A DNA stretch of 64,000 nucleotides from Candidatus Beckwithbacteria bacterium GW2011_GWC1_49_16 (GCA_001029675.1 CP011210.1:777280-841279), one strand, 5' to 3'; shown: positions 28,042-37,934, numbered from the stretch's first letter. The notes: generated by a model from the sequence alone, not told the origin. Made by a program: numbers and translations.

Positions 28042-31000
28042 CTAACCGAAGAAATCATCTCGTGGCGATGAATTTGCTCCTATCTTATCTATAAATTCCC
28101 TTATTAGGTTAATTCTTGTGCTCTTTCTACCGCGCTGCTTATTGAGATAAAACAGGTTACGAATTTGCACAAACCACTCCCAAGGAACTTCTAGTTTATT
28201 CGATACAAAAACGTTCAACAGCCTCTGAATATAGCTGGCGTCTGATTTTCTGCCTGACCAAGCCTGCTTGATAAATTCTTTCCCTAATTCTCTCCGAACT
28301 TGCTGGCGAATTTTTTGGATTTTCTCACTGTTTAAGATACTTTGATTATGTTCGCTAACCAAACTAATGAATCCGTCGAGAAACCCAACATAGTCTCCCT
28401 GGCGAAAAGTGTTAAAAACCTCAACTTCCTGTTTAGAAAACGAAAAGTCCGTAGGTAAATCGATTGCCCCCAAGGTTCCATCTTGGCTAATAATAAAGTT
28501 GCCGGGGTGAGGATCTTGAGGGAAGATATACTGCCCAACATCCACACCTACAGGCGTTTCAAAAAAAGAATCTACAAATCCTAAAACTATATGCAACGCC
28601 TTAAGGGTTGTTTTAATATCCTCGGATAAGTTATCCTGATTTTCTAGCCACTGATTAAAATTTTTAGAATCGAATGGTACTTTGTTTTTGGCTAAATAAG
28701 AAGATACTTGACGATTTTGCAGATACCGATTAAGCGTCGAACCGGCTAAATATTCTTCTACTCTAATATGATTGTCTGGGGTGGCAAATAGCGGCTTGGC
28801 GGTGATAATTGGCTTGTCGATTTTTTCAGATATAGCTTTAATCGCCTGGCGCAAGATAGCGCCCCATTGGGGTTTGTTATCTTTCAGATCTGCCTTGCTC
28901 CAATGTCGCGCCACTCCCAACACAATTTGGGCCAGCTGGGCGTGTTTTTTGGTCTGCTCGTTTCCGTGTTTCTCGGCGTACCGGAGGGCCGCTATGGTGC
29001 TATCGTAGGAAATATCAACAAAGGCAGCAGCGTTTGCCGTATACATTTTTAAGGCAGCGGTTTTGACTCCTAGCTTCTTGATTCCTTTGGGGGTTAAAGA
29101 GACTTTGTAGGCCGAAGCAAGGCTACCTCCTCCTAAAAATTCGTCTATTGTATCTAACATTTCTCCGACAAATAGGCTTAGAGAAGTTTCCGCATCACCA
29201 GATTTATCATCCTCTACCTCCTTATGGAGATTGAGCCAAAGCTTAAATTCATCGGTGGGCTGCATCCGATCAAAGGCGTTGCTTAACCTTTTGGCTAGCT
29301 TTGGCTCGAAATCGTATACCAGCTGGGCTATTTGCAGAGAGCGCACGAATAAACTACCCATTGATTCGATACCTTGAATAAAAGACTCTGTCCGGGGGGA
29401 AAGGCCGGATTGCTCGGCCGCCTCAACCTCCTGATATTTTTGAGTCAAGTTAAAATTACTGGTATATGCTTCAAGCCATTGATGCAGGCGCCTCAAGTGA
29501 CTAGTGGATGCTTGATATAATTTTGATAGAGCCTCCAGGCCAGTTTTTCCTCTTAAAATACTGCCTATTTCTACTATGTTATCCCTTGATTCGCTGAATA
29601 AATTTGGTAAATAGCTGTATTCTGGCTTTCCTGAAAAAGCGCTGCCCCTTTTGTAAAATTCTTTCTTAATTCTGGTGTAGTTAATTGCCTGCAAATCCAG
29701 CCCGGAAAAAAGCAACGGTCCTAAAAGTTGGGATAAACCTAACCCTACCAATGAAGGTTTACCCTCGATAATTAATCCTTTGGCAACTTGCTTGACGAAG
29801 TCGTCTTCAATATTGAATGACTTGACTACGAGATCGGCCAACCACTGTCTCTTCTCGGTAGTAGCAAGCAAACCATCTGAATCAAGAAGCAAGCGCATCA
29901 TCAGACCCTTTTTAGCGCCCTCTGATAATCCTTGGAGTCCTTGAATTACATCTTTGACTGTGCGGAAACGATCACGTTCTCTAAAAGGATCGATAATTAC
30001 TTTTCTGAGCTGTCGGTCAAACTGGATTCCGCTGCTTGGCTTGGTGTCGTCGGTTTTAATCTTGGCTATAAAAGTACCCAACCAGGTTTTAGCCAAATCG
30101 GTGGTATATTTGAGCTTTGATAGCGGATCGTCTGCGATAGTACCCACCACCCACTGCTTATCCTTAAAGAGCGATACCACTAGGTCTCCGATGGCCAAAG
30201 CATCTAACTTCCAGGAATTTTCGTCTCCGCGGAGCACGGCCATTCGCTCCAAGCCGATTTGATCAAAAAAGTACTTGGCGTCGTCATAATGCTTCACCTG
30301 TTTCATCAGCACTAAAAGATCGCTATAGGAAAATTTATGGTAATTATCTAGAAAATAATCCATTCGGCTTCTTATTTTTTCTGGGTTTGACTCGGCGGAG
30401 ATAATATAGGCCAGACGCAGGTCATGAATTTTTCGACTTAGATCAGGGCTGGCGTCCGTCATGTCAATCCCACCACCAATACCACTGACGATATTCTCAA
30501 ATGCTTGAATTGCCGCTGGTAGGACTTCGGAGTCAATATCCTGATGCAAAAAGTCAATAAACTTTCCTTCAAAGAAGGGGTAGAAAATAAGTCCGGCAAG
30601 ATTTGATGAAAATATTTTTTTGGAACGATAGTGAGAGTGCATGCCGAGGTAATGAGCGTGATCGATGCGTTCGTTGTAGTCAGCCAAAGCTTGGTCTAAG
30701 GCGACAAAGGATTCAATTTGATAGGTGTGCTCCAGTTTCTTCTGAAAAGAAAGGTGAAGTGGGGAAGTAGCCAGTTTTTCTCCCATATATAAAGTTTGAT
30801 CACCAAACCAATAAGAAAAGTTAAGTACATGCCAGATTTGATCGTTAAGTGAAAGTCGGTCAAAGTCACTGCCGTAATGCTTTTCCATATAGTGTAACGA
30901 ATCGACCATTACCTGCCTTTTCTCTTCATATGCTTTAAAGGACGGATATGTATCTACTTCTAAATTTGCAATAAATGCTTCAAGGCGCATTTTCAATGAA

Positions 31001-32988
31001 CTGGGAAGCACTTTGCCCTTTTCATCAAGACTAAATAAAGTGGACGTCTCACGCTCTGTTTCAATTTGAGGGTCAAAATCAAGTCCGGTAAAATCGGCTG
31101 ATCTTACTTGCTCTCGAAGATAAGTAATGATGGGCGCATAGTGTTTTCTAATCTCAGTTGCAAGCGGGTGAGATTCTGCTAACTGAATGTTGCTATACAG
31201 CAATCTTCTTAAATTACTGAATTTTCTATATAAAACGTGTACTTCTTTCTCAGAGAAAATACTGTTGAGTATTCTAGATACCTGTTCTAAGCTAAAAAAA
31301 GCTGGCTCGGACTCAAGCTGCTCTTTATAGAGATTAACTCCGAATACTTCTAGAAAAATAGGCTCCAGCTGGTCTTTGGTTAGTTGGGTGACTCGGTCAG
31401 AATCAATGTCGCCTTTTTTGTTTCTAAAGATTTGATGAGTGCCAAGGGCGTTTTCGAGAAGCAACCATGTATCAGATGCGGGGCTATACCCTGTTTTGGC
31501 GATTTTTTGAAGTAGTTGTCTTAACTCCTTTTGGTCAACTCGTTGTGTTTTTGGATCAAATAATCTAGCCGCAATATATGTAGAAATAATGGGGTCTACA
31601 TGCCACCAGTATTTGCCGAATTGCTCGTCTTTATCCTGTCTTGCGAATTCAACATACGCCTCAATAATCTCGAGAAAAGTGTTTTCTTTTATAGCTACAC
31701 CCTGGTTAATCAAGAAAGTTATCTGGCCCTCGCAGGCAGCGTCAATGTCAGTCTGTCGGGCATACAAACCATCCCAGTCGCCTGGCCAATTGTCTCGGGC
31801 ATAGACTCCGAAAATTCTATAGTTCATTCCTCTCCATTGTTTTGGATCAATTGTGTGTCCGTGTTTAAGAATCTTGAGGTAGTCTTGGTAAGTATGGTTG
31901 GAAAAGGCATGCTGGCGCCATCTCTCATTCCCCCACCACATCGTCAAAAGAAGGCTGTCTTGGTCGAGAGGTAATAAGTCTACGTCTGTAGTACGTTTTC
32001 GAAGAAATTCAGTAAGCGCTTGTTGAAAAGCCTCACTATCTTTAAGATCCCCCCTGCTAAAACACCCGTTATCCAGTAGTTGGCATAAATCTTGAGAATG
32101 GAGCTTATCTAGTAATTCAGCCGCGTTTCCTTCAACCAGTCCCTCGGGCCACATTTCGGCAATTTCGCGGTTTGTTGGCTTAATTTCTTGTTTATAGAAA
32201 CTAATGGTTTCGCCGTCGGGTAAAGCTACCTTGTCCAAGGGAATAATGTCGGCGCTACTGAATTTCCGATTGATAAATTGGTGCTCGATGAGAGGAAGGC
32301 TGGCTCGCATCAGGGGTGATTGATGGCCTAAGTCGGTTCTTTGGTTTAAGCTTTCTTTAGCTTGGCGTTCAAAAAAATCATGGGCGACTAAAGTATTTAT
32401 TCCGACTTTATCAAGCAACCGGGAAACCTCGGCATCCGCCCCAAGCTCATGGACCCACTCTGTCGAGATGCTTTCTCGAGAAACATAGGTACCATTGATT
32501 AAATGGGCAACTTCGTGGGCAATAATACCCAAAGCGGCACTAAAAGAACCGGAGCGGTTTATCAAGGATTGAGAAAGAACTATGGTTCCGTCAGGAAGAA
32601 TAAATCCTTTTTCGGTTAACCCCCGGTTAAGAATAACTACCTGAACGTCGCCTTTGTAAACCTCACCTTGCAACATTTTCTTGGCATATTGACCTAATAT
32701 CCTGGTTCTTTCAGAACCGCTTTCTGTTTCATGGGTAACAGCTAAATATTTTTGGGTTTGATTAGTGAAATCGTTGTTTGCTTTAATTTCTTGTTCTGTT
32801 AACGTTCTGTCCGGGTAAGCGTCTGAAAGTATAAATAATGGTTTTAAAGTTATATCGGCTTCCCCCCGAAATTCCCCAGGCATGTCTGACACGGAATAAA
32901 GTGGTTCTGGCTTAGCCTCAACCTTGCGACCACCAAATAAATCTCCAAGATCCAATCCTGCCGTCTTTAGAGTAGCTACTTCCCCCAT
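28042..32988 (-). CDS. giant multidomain protein: N-terminal HExxH zincin-like domain, long helical middle, C-terminal ABC1/UbiB-like atypical kinase domain
   Basis: IIAHEVAHL...E zincin motif near aa 170. C-terminal ABC1 motifs (LASAYKV, GVKTAALKM, DPHPGNFII, AIDL). AT-rich relative to flanks. Confidence 0.6.
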   Translation of the reverse strand: MGEVATLKTAGLDLGDLFGGRKVEAKPEPLYSVSDMPGEFRGEADITLKPLFILSDAYPDRTLTEQEIKANNDFTNQTQKYLAVTHETESGSERTRILGQYAKKMLQGEVYKGDVQVVILNRGLTEKGFILPDGTIVLSQSLINRSGSFSAALGIIAHEVAHLINGTYVSRESISTEWVHELGADAEVSRLLDKVGINTLVAHDFFERQAKESLNQRTDLGHQSPLMRASLPLIEHQFINRKFSSADIIPLDKVALPDGETISFYKQEIKPTNREIAEMWPEGLVEGNAAELLDKLHSQDLCQLLDNGCFSRGDLKDSEAFQQALTEFLRKRTTDVDLLPLDQDSLLLTMWWGNERWRQHAFSNHTYQDYLKILKHGHTIDPKQWRGMNYRIFGVYARDNWPGDWDGLYARQTDIDAACEGQITFLINQGVAIKENTFLEIIEAYVEFARQDKDEQFGKYWWHVDPIISTYIAARLFDPKTQRVDQKELRQLLQKIAKTGYSPASDTWLLLENALGTHQIFRNKKGDIDSDRVTQLTKDQLEPIFLEVFGVNLYKEQLESEPAFFSLEQVSRILNSIFSEKEVHVLYRKFSNLRRLLYSNIQLAESHPLATEIRKHYAPIITYLREQVRSADFTGLDFDPQIETERETSTLFSLDEKGKVLPSSLKMRLEAFIANLEVDTYPSFKAYEEKRQVMVDSLHYMEKHYGSDFDRLSLNDQIWHVLNFSYWFGDQTLYMGEKLATSPLHLSFQKKLEHTYQIESFVALDQALADYNERIDHAHYLGMHSHYRSKKIFSSNLAGLIFYPFFEGKFIDFLHQDIDSEVLPAAIQAFENIVSGIGGGIDMTDASPDLSRKIHDLRLAYIISAESNPEKIRSRMDYFLDNYHKFSYSDLLVLMKQVKHYDDAKYFFDQIGLERMAVLRGDENSWKLDALAIGDLVVSLFKDKQWVVGTIADDPLSKLKYTTDLAKTWLGTFIAKIKTDDTKPSSGIQFDRQLRKVIIDPFRERDRFRTVKDVIQGLQGLSEGAKKGLMMRLLLDSDGLLATTEKRQWLADLVVKSFNIEDDFVKQVAKGLIIEGKPSLVGLGLSQLLGPLLFSGLDLQAINYTRIKKEFYKRGSAFSGKPEYSYLPNLFSESRDNIVEIGSILRGKTGLEALSKLYQASTSHLRRLHQWLEAYTSNFNLTQKYQEVEAAEQSGLSPRTESFIQGIESMGSLFVRSLQIAQLVYDFEPKLAKRLSNAFDRMQPTDEFKLWLNLHKEVEDDKSGDAETSLSLFVGEMLDTIDEFLGGGSLASAYKVSLTPKGIKKLGVKTAALKMYTANAAAFVDISYDSTIAALRYAEKHGNEQTKKHAQLAQIVLGVARHWSKADLKDNKPQWGAILRQAIKAISEKIDKPIITAKPLFATPDNHIRVEEYLAGSTLNRYLQNRQVSSYLAKNKVPFDSKNFNQWLENQDNLSEDIKTTLKALHIVLGFVDSFFETPVGVDVGQYIFPQDPHPGNFIISQDGTLGAIDLPTDFSFSKQEVEVFNTFRQGDYVGFLDGFISLVSEHNQSILNSEKIQKIRQQVRRELGKEFIKQAWSGRKSDASYIQRLLNVFVSNKLEVPWEWFVQIRNLFYLNKQRGRKSTRINLIREFIDKIGANSSPRDDFFG

Positions 32989-33003
32989 GCTTACATATTA
33001 CTA

Positions 33004-33042
33004 GAAGAAAACCTAAAACCCTAGTTTTTCTTTGACGAAGAT
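33004..33042. repeat. right copy of direct repeat (intact 3' end of LUD gene)
   Basis: Matches 27988-28024, with 2 mismatches across the 26-nt core. Confidence 0.75.
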
Positions 33043-33636
33043 TAAAGTGAGGCGGCCGGGCGTGGTTTCCTGATTGAAAATCAACAGCTTGCTGACGTTT
33101 GATTTTTCCATGCCGTAGGCTTTTTGGACCCTTTTTGATTCCAGGGGCAAAATATAGTCGTAAATCCTTTTGACGCCTTGCTCTTGGTCGGCTACCAGTT
33201 TTTGGGTGCCCACCACCCAAATGACGTAGGTTGAGGAATAAGCATAGGCGCCGAGCTGGCTGCCGGTGTTGGAGGCGACCAAGACCTTGCCGTCAGCGGT
33301 GACGGCGTGGACGCTGCCGACGGCGTACTCGGGAGCCGCACCGAGTTTTTGCATTTCGAGTCCCTGGGTAACTCGATCCATCTGATTTAATTTGTTTCTG
33401 ACCGAGTTGAACTTGCCCGGCTCGTTTAAAGCCTTATCCAGCCCCAAAGTTTCCAAGGTAGTCGAGGACATGTTCATCACCTCTGCCCCGGCAGGCACCA
33501 ACTCTAAAACCTTGGCCTTAGCGGCCTCTGCGTTGTCCACCACCAAGGCATTGATACCGTTTTGCTTGAGGGCGGCAATGGTTTTTTGAATGGTGGTCTC
33601 GTCGGCGAGTTGATCCCAAGTGGGCATACTACCCAC
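33013..33636 (-). CDS. LUD-domain protein (LutC/YkgG, DUF162-like)
   Basis: Resembles lactate-utilisation LutC-like proteins. C-terminus is IFVKEKLGF. Confidence 0.5.
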   Translation of the reverse strand: MGSMPTWDQLADETTIQKTIAALKQNGINALVVDNAEAAKAKVLELVPAGAEVMNMSSTTLETLGLDKALNEPGKFNSVRNKLNQMDRVTQGLEMQKLGAAPEYAVGSVHAVTADGKVLVASNTGSQLGAYAYSSTYVIWVVGTQKLVADQEQGVKRIYDYILPLESKRVQKAYGMEKSNVSKLLIFNQETTPGRLTLIFVKEKLGF

Positions 33637-33648
33637 CAGTATACCAAA

Positions 33649-34503
33649 TCAAAGCGACCCGACGCAAGCGTTGAAGGCGTTAACCTGGTTGTTGTAATCC
33701 TCTACTTGACCCTTGGTTTCAACGATTAGTTGGTTATAAACCTCAACTAGGCCGTTATACTCATCGACTTTTTGCTCGTATTCGGGGCCGCGCTTGGGCT
33801 GGTAAGCTTCCAGTTCCTGCTTTCTTTGAGCCAGTTCTTGACTCAACTGATCAAGGCGCACCTTGTTGTCTTCGATGGTGGCGGCGAGTCCCCCGTCCGG
33901 CCCGGGGCAGGCCGAGAGCGGCACGCCGAAGTGCTGGACGGCCAGCCAAGTAGTTCTGCCTTCAAAAGTGCCGCGAATGACGCCGACGCCGATCTCGCGG
34001 TAACTTCCTTTAAGAATGTTTTCCCTGTGGCCGGGGCTGTCCATCCAGGCCTCGACCAGAGTTTCGTCGTCTAAGAAATTTCCCAGAGCTAAATTTTCGC
34101 CGATCTCGATAAAGCGGTAACCCTGATCGGCGGCTAAATCGGCGACGTCAACGCCTTCGGGTGAATCGTGGGCAAAATATTGACCCTTAAGCATATCGGC
34201 CGCCTTGGCGGCGGCGGAGCGGTTGAGTAAACCGCTCTCGGCCAAAGGTGGCAAGTTGTGGATGGTTCTTTGCCGGTTGGTAAAAGCAATGACGCCCTCG
34301 ACGGTGAGGTGGGCCTGGGGCGAGTCTTGCTCCGAGCGAAGCGGCGGGGGCAGGTTGACTTTCTTTTCAATCGCCTGCTCGAGCCGAGGGAGACTAGCAA
34401 AAAACTGGCGGTAGAGATCTGTGAGGGTGTCCTGGAAAAACCACAGCCCCAAACCGAAGGCAAACAATAAAAGTAGTGGTTTAAAAAACCGATTAGAATT
34501 CAA
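33649..34503 (-). CDS. CAP/SCP (PR-1-like) domain secreted protein with C-terminal coiled coil
   Basis: N-terminal TM/signal. CAP motifs AHDSPEG, GENLALGN, WMDSPGHRENIL. Confidence 0.65.
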   Translation of the reverse strand: MNSNRFFKPLLLLFAFGLGLWFFQDTLTDLYRQFFASLPRLEQAIEKKVNLPPPLRSEQDSPQAHLTVEGVIAFTNRQRTIHNLPPLAESGLLNRSAAAKAADMLKGQYFAHDSPEGVDVADLAADQGYRFIEIGENLALGNFLDDETLVEAWMDSPGHRENILKGSYREIGVGVIRGTFEGRTTWLAVQHFGVPLSACPGPDGGLAATIEDNKVRLDQLSQELAQRKQELEAYQPKRGPEYEQKVDEYNGLVEVYNQLIVETKGQVEDYNNQVNAFNACVGSL

Positions 34504-34957
34504 GGTCGCCGCAGGCGGTGTAGACGCTGGCTTCGGTAGCGGATTTGTGGACGTTTATAGCCAGTGGCATCTCTGCTTCCAGCTGGGCCAAAGTGACTTC
34601 GAGGGTGGTTGCGGACGCGCCGTCAACCACGTTGGTTAAAGGATAAGAAACGGCCCCGACCTCGGGGCAAGAGCCGACGTGAATGTGGGCGGGCTGGGAG
34701 ACGCCGACGCTAAAACCCGTCAAGGCTAAGGTAACGGTGACTGTACCGTCTGTTTCAACCAGGGTGGCGGTGCCCGACTCGCCGGAGTCGTTTAGTTCGG
34801 CTAAAGTGAGGCTGATTTGATTTTCTGCCATCATGGCTTCGTCTTCGGTGACGGTATCGGCTGTATCTGTAGGAGCGTAGGCTGGTTGGCGGCTGGAGAA
34901 GTACCACAGGCCGCCGACTAGAAGAATGACGAGGCCGATAAGAAGGTTTTTATTCAT
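34493..34957 (-). CDS. CHRD-domain-like secreted protein
   Basis: N-terminal TM/signal. PAHIHVGSCPEVGAVSYPL resembles the CHRD AHIHxGxxGxxGPV motif. Confidence 0.4.
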   Translation of the reverse strand: MNKNLLIGLVILLVGGLWYFSSRQPAYAPTDTADTVTEDEAMMAENQISLTLAELNDSGESGTATLVETDGTVTVTLALTGFSVGVSQPAHIHVGSCPEVGAVSYPLTNVVDGASATTLEVTLAQLEAEMPLAINVHKSATEASVYTACGDLEF

Positions 34958-35021
34958 GGTTAATTGTAGGCAGAAAAAAGTTTCCGTGTCAAGGTTTATT
35001 TTGCGGGTATAATATAGTTTA

Positions 35022-35459
35022 ATGATTTACCTTGGGGCGGACAAACAAGGATTTGAGGCGATAAAAATAGCCATGGAGTGGTTGGATAACCGAGGCTTTA
35101 AATATGAAAATTTGGGAGTAAAAAGCAAAGACCAAGACATGAAACTTGAAAATTTGCTGCCGCCGATAGCGGAGAAAGTCAGGGCAGACACAAAAAACTT
35201 AGGCATTGTTTCCTGCGGCACGGGCGTGGGGGTCGAGGTGGGGATAAATAAATTCAGCGGCATCAGAGCTTGTCTGGCCGACGACCCGGAAGTGACCGAG
35301 TGGTCGAAGATTTACGACAACTGCAACGTTTTGTGTCTTATCGGCTGGCGGCCGGACAGAGGAAAAATTGAAAAGATTTTGGTGAGTTGGTTTGCCGCCG
35401 GTTATGATGGCGATTCCGACCGATTAAAAATGATGCAGGAGTTTGATAAGTGGAGATGA
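35022..35459 (+). CDS. rpiB: ribose-5-phosphate isomerase B (RpiB/LacAB family)
   Basis: GIVSCGTGVGVEVGINKFSGIRA motif. 145 aa. Confidence 0.8.
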   Translation: MIYLGADKQGFEAIKIAMEWLDNRGFKYENLGVKSKDQDMKLENLLPPIAEKVRADTKNLGIVSCGTGVGVEVGINKFSGIRACLADDPEVTEWSKIYDNCNVLCLIGWRPDRGKIEKILVSWFAAGYDGDSDRLKMMQEFDKWR

Positions 35460-35463
35460 GCAT

Positions 35464-36168
35464 ATGTACGAAGAAAAAACAAACCAAAATCTTCAAAATA
35501 TTGGCCATAAAATAGGTCACTTACCCGAGGTTCAAACCCCTCTTAGAGTAGCTCAAGAAACGCCTTGGAAGGAACTTGCCAGTACTTTTGTGTCTTACTT
35601 AAAGGTGATCAAACGACTGGCTACCCTATCCGAAAAAGACATCGATGTTATTAGAAAGGTTAATCGTCAGCTAAGTGGCCACGGCGGTGCGGAATCTTTT
35701 GCCGAAAGCCTCGGCAAAGAAAATATAGGTACTTTGGTCGCACTTGCCGCCCAAACAGTTGATCCAAATTCAGATCATTATCAAGATGCGCTAAACGAAC
35801 TAACGATAATGATGGAAAACGCGCAGGCTATAAAAAAATCAGGTAAAACTCCTGTAGATGGGGATCCTTTATCTGATGCGGCAATCTGGGGCTATACTCA
35901 AGTAACTGACCCAGCAGCTCAACGACATAACATTATCTGCCACTGGCTCGAACGGCATATTTCCCATGATTTGAGGCCAAAGGGGGTAAAAATCGCTCAA
36001 AAGAAAGATTGGTTATTAACAGCCATGGCTGATGTTGTAGCTTTAGATGGGACAAGAAAAACCTTAGCAAACCCAGAAATTTTTGAGATTTGGACAACAG
36101 CTAAGCCAAAAGGGCTTGGCTGGATTGGCCAGGAAAAAGTGACTGCGTATCGCGAGGCGCTGAAATGA
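35464..36168 (+). CDS. hypothetical protein
   Basis: No motif. AT-rich. Start taken at MYEEKT, just after the rpiB stop. Confidence 0.35.
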   Translation: MYEEKTNQNLQNIGHKIGHLPEVQTPLRVAQETPWKELASTFVSYLKVIKRLATLSEKDIDVIRKVNRQLSGHGGAESFAESLGKENIGTLVALAAQTVDPNSDHYQDALNELTIMMENAQAIKKSGKTPVDGDPLSDAAIWGYTQVTDPAAQRHNIICHWLERHISHDLRPKGVKIAQKKDWLLTAMADVVALDGTRKTLANPEIFEIWTTAKPKGLGWIGQEKVTAYREALK

Positions 36169-36782
36169 TCCCTAAAAGAATTGCGGCTATTGGGGCGAGT
36201 TACTGCGAGGGCAAGGTTGACCCCGAAGGCGGCGGGTTTGTGGGCAGGCTGCGATCCTGGCATGAGAGCTTTATCCAGGATAATCATGTATTTAACCTAG
36301 GAATCAGCGGCGATACAACCAGCGACATGCTTAAGAGACTAGAAAAAGAAATGAAACCAAGAAAACCGGATTTAATTTTAGTTGTCGGCGGCTTAAACGA
36401 CTTCATCAGGCGAGAAAGCAAAATTGCTAAGCCTGATAACACCGTCGAAGGTTATGAGAAGAATATTAGAGACCTAATCGCTAAAGCCAAAAATTTGGCA
36501 CCAGTGTTGTTTGTTGGCGTTCAACCGGTTGATGAGGCACGGACAGCGCCAGTGAGCTGGGAAAATATTTATTATCTGCTTTCGGACGCTAAAACGGCTA
36601 CCGATATTACTAAAAAAGTGTGCTTAGAAATGAAAGTCCCCTATGTAGATGTTTTTGGTGAGTTTATGAAAATTGACTATAAAAAATATCTGGCTGACGG
36701 CTTACATCCAAATAGTCAAGGCCACCAAAGAATTTTCGAGTTGGTAAAAGATAAACTGATTGGGGTCTATGGGAAAAATTAA
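36165..36782 (+). CDS. SGNH/GDSL hydrolase family protein
   Basis: Block I GASY(S-like), block III GGLND, block V DGLHPN. ATGA overlap with the previous gene. Confidence 0.65.
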   Translation: MIPKRIAAIGASYCEGKVDPEGGGFVGRLRSWHESFIQDNHVFNLGISGDTTSDMLKRLEKEMKPRKPDLILVVGGLNDFIRRESKIAKPDNTVEGYEKNIRDLIAKAKNLAPVLFVGVQPVDEARTAPVSWENIYYLLSDAKTATDITKKVCLEMKVPYVDVFGEFMKIDYKKYLADGLHPNSQGHQRIFELVKDKLIGVYGKN

Positions 36783-37917
36783 GTGGTTTATTTTGGGGGT
36801 GATCATTTTGGCGGGGGCGTGGGGGTGGAAAAAGTACGGCTATTTGTGGCAGAGTGCCAAGAATTGGCCGAGGGCAACGCAGGTGACGACCGAGCCGGTG
36901 GAGCTGACGCCGACGGCAGAAAGCGATCAGGAACTGGAACACATCAAGCTGGCCGAGGGGGCAACCATCACCTATTTTGCTAAAGACGTACCCGGGGCGC
37001 GGTCTTTGGCGCGGGGTGGGGGCGGCGTAGTTTATGTCGGCACCAGGGGCGAAGGCGTGGTTTACGCTCTGGAGGACAAAGACAACGACGGCCGGGCGGA
37101 AAGAAGAGTGGTGGTAGCCAACGGCTTAAACACCCCTAACGGCGTGGCTTACCAAGACGGCGATTTGTACGTGGCCGAAATCAGCCGGGTGATTAAATTT
37201 GCCAATATCGACCAAAGGTATGATAAAAAGCCTGACTTTGAGGTGGTTTTCGATGATTTACCAAGTGAAACCCACCACGGCTGGCGCTACATCGGCTTTG
37301 GCCCTGACGGCAAACTTTATGTAGCCATTGGTGCGCCGTGCAACATCTGTGATCCGGGTGACCCGTTTGCCAGCCTTACAAGGATAAGCCCTGAAGGTGG
37401 CGGTTTGGAGACCGTGGCCCGGGGGATCAGAAACTCGGTCGGCTTTGACTGGGACCCTAATACGGGTAAGCTCTGGTTTACCGACAACGGCCGGGATCTA
37501 ATGGGTGATGACCTGCCGCCGGATGAGCTCAACCGGCTGGATAATGTCGGCGAGCACTTCGGCTATCCGTATTGCCACGGCCAAGGGGTGGTTGATCCTC
37601 AATTTGGCCAAGGCGGATGCGATCAATATAAGCCCCCGGTGGTGGAACTGGGGCCGCACGTAGCGGCATTGGGGATGAAATTTGTAAACGGCAAGATTTA
37701 TATCCCCGAGCACGGCTCGTGGAACCGAAGCGTGCCGATCGGCTACCGGATTACTACTGTCGATCCTCAAAGCGGCCTTTACCAGGTCTTTGCCGAGGGT
37801 TGGCTTGAGGCTGACGGGACGGCGACGGGACGGCCGGTGGATATTTTGGTGATGGATGATAGGTCGATTTTGGTGAGCGATGATAAGGCTGGGGCGGTGT
37901 ACCGGATCAGTTTTTAG
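36760..37917 (+). CDS. PQQ-dependent sugar (sorbosone/glucose) dehydrogenase-like beta-propeller
   Basis: N-terminal TM. YliI-like motifs (NTPNGVAYQDGDLYVAE, LWFTDNGRD). GC-rich. Confidence 0.6.
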   Translation: MGSMGKIKWFILGVIILAGAWGWKKYGYLWQSAKNWPRATQVTTEPVELTPTAESDQELEHIKLAEGATITYFAKDVPGARSLARGGGGVVYVGTRGEGVVYALEDKDNDGRAERRVVVANGLNTPNGVAYQDGDLYVAEISRVIKFANIDQRYDKKPDFEVVFDDLPSETHHGWRYIGFGPDGKLYVAIGAPCNICDPGDPFASLTRISPEGGGLETVARGIRNSVGFDWDPNTGKLWFTDNGRDLMGDDLPPDELNRLDNVGEHFGYPYCHGQGVVDPQFGQGGCDQYKPPVVELGPHVAALGMKFVNGKIYIPEHGSWNRSVPIGYRITTVDPQSGLYQVFAEGWLEADGTATGRPVDILVMDDRSILVSDDKAGAVYRISF

Positions 37918-37934
37918 GTGGTATGATAAGTTAA

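Noticed and set aside
31600-31974. Plus-strand ORFs (124 aa, 71 aa and others) inside the giant gene, and the 100-aa ORF at 32918..33220 across the insertion junction
   Set aside because: They are antisense to, or overlap, a much longer and better-supported ORF. No motifs.
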